Positions 62,184 to 64,000 of a stretch of DNA of 64,000 nt are shown here, piece by piece. Numbering within the stretch: position 1 is the first letter of the stretch; the number at the start of each line of letters is the position of its first letter. Origin of the DNA: Selaginella moellendorffii. Its lineage: Eukaryota; Plantae; Lycopodiophyta. A program made the translations under genes and the position numbers. The notes under the pieces were generated by a model. The model was given only the letters and a program-made list of their open reading frames with translations. It did no database searches and was not told where the DNA came from. The stretch covers positions 124,040-188,039 of the forward strand of contig NW_003314357.1 of the NCBI RefSeq assembly GCF_000143415.4. The letters run 5' to 3'.

Positions 62184-64000
62184 AACTCGGGAAGAATCGA
62201 GAAACAAACACTCGATTGAAGACTCAAGACATAAGAGCTTGACTTCGTATTTATATGACAAAATACAAACCTGCAAAAGACTCAAGACATAAGAGCTTGA
62301 CTATGCAATCTATGAAAAACAACATTTGATTCAACACACCGTAGATGAATCACAAAATTCAGGAAGTTTACCTCGGCATTTAAGTCGAGAAGATTTAGAA
62401 AACTGAATGCACAAACATAAACCAAACCCAATCAAGATCCGGGAAAGAGATCTTCGATAAAAGACTCGAGAAGTAAGAAAGGAAGAGATAGAAAAGGAAA
62501 AGTTAGAAGAACAGCAACAACAAATCTTAGAAACAATATTAGAGAAGTACGACAAAGACGATAAACAAATTCAAGTACCCGAGTCAAGTAACTCGGCAGA
62601 AGACAAAGAAGAACCAAATATTGAAGACATCCCAGAGTTTGAGCCGTTTGAAGAGGCAAAATTCACAGCACCAGAGTTTTACTCGTATCCTAATTCACCA
62701 GAAGAACAACTTATCCAACAAAGTCTACAACAACAAATGGCAATCATCAATCCAGCGATAGCTATAGGGAACATGATTTCCTATCCCATTTTTACCGGTG
62801 GAAAAACTGAAGATGCAAACTAGCATCTTAAACAATTTGATCAAATTGTAAAGATGAACAAACAGGAAATGCATCGAGAAATACTTTTCCCATACACACT
62901 TAAAGGAAAAGCCTTCGATTGGCACAACACACTTGATGATGCGATGACCCATGATGAAAAGATCACACAATTTAAAGAACAATTCCAGACTGGAGGAACT
63001 CAAGAAGAACACTATGAGATCATCAAGAACTTCAAACAAAAACCACGTGAAGGTATTCAAGATTACACTCGAAGATTTAAGTTCCATGCAAAGCGTTGTA
63101 AGGATTTGATAACGGAAAAAGGAAAAAGCTTGTCCTATATACAAGGCCTTAAAGAAATCTATAGAAACATGGTAGCACTCGCAGCTGCAGCAGAGAATCC
63201 GGATGAAGAAAATGTCGATACACTCTCCAAAGAAATCTTGACATTAGAAAAACGATTTAAGCAATTCACAAAAGCGGGACCTTCACAAACCGATGATAGT
63301 TCAGATGATGAAGAAGAGGAAGAAATCCGCATCAAGACAAAGAAGAAACCATAAAAAAGAAAACCAAGACTTGAAGGAAATAATCAGGAAAATCTCACAA
63401 ACCGAACTCAAGGAAGGAGTGTGGTGTACAAAGTGTAAAAATGAAGGACATACATATTTGGAATGCAAATTTCAGCTTCCAAAATGTCAAATTTGCGATA
63501 GAGAAGACCATATAGCCAAGAATTGTCAATTTAGGAATACAATGGAAGTTTCAAGAATCGAGAATACTTCTCGTCGAGAGCCCAATCTTCGATATCAAGG
63601 AAACTCGAATCAAAATGCACGACCACCACGCAATGAACCTCCAAGATATAACAATTATTATCAACGTGATGATAATTTGTACAATCAAAGAGGAAACTTT
63701 TACCGTCAGAACAATCGCAACTACAATAGAATACCCCCTCAAGATCAAAGACCAAACAACTATTCTGGAAATTATGGAAGAAACTACAATACATATCAGC
63801 AACGTGATGGACCTCATGACAACTACCAATGTCCTCCCCCACGAAATTACAATTATGATCAAGAACCATATCGCAACTATAATCAAAGACCACCTCAAGC
63901 TCAAGGTTACAATTACAACCAGCGACCTACACCACAACAAGATAATCGACCTCGGCAACCTTACCAAAATGCAAATCGTGAAAATAACCAAGTCGTAAAC
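62184..64000 (+). mobile_element. Retrotransposon gag region, probably the continuation of the 55306 element
   Basis: YPIFTGGKTEDAN*HLKQF, LFPYTLKGKAFDW, FKQKPREGIQDYTRRF, and twin CCHC knuckles CTKCKNEGHTYLEC / CQICDREDHIAKNC at ~63420-63530. Confidence 0.85.

Overview
This is plant nuclear DNA. The very compact genes, 50-70 nt introns and intronless PLS-PPR gene suggest a lycophyte such as Selaginella (inference). A gene-dense core (~20-47 kb) holds a U-box/ARM E3 ligase, sterol glucosyltransferase UGT80, DEAD-box helicase RH42/Prp5, an alpha-amylase with an unusual acidic C-terminal extension, an alpha/beta hydrolase head-to-head with ARP3, a type-B response regulator, a PPR gene and a rearranged 2OG-Fe(II) oxygenase-like gene. 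The left flank holds a decayed hAT transposase, a truncated copy of the U-box gene and a three-layer nest of Ty3/gypsy elements. The right flank holds a short-LTR chromovirus remnant invaded by Cassandra-type TRIMs, whose ~190-bp LTRs carry a 5S rRNA internal promoter and occur as a solo LTR, a near-complete copy and a 4-LTR tandem array, each with a TSD. It also holds a B-lectin ORF and an Ogre/Tat-like element with extra ORFs upstream of gag. That element is interrupted by a gag-pol gypsy element carrying a MITE with an unusual 4-bp TSD, followed by an assembly gap. All calls were made by eye; no database searches were run.
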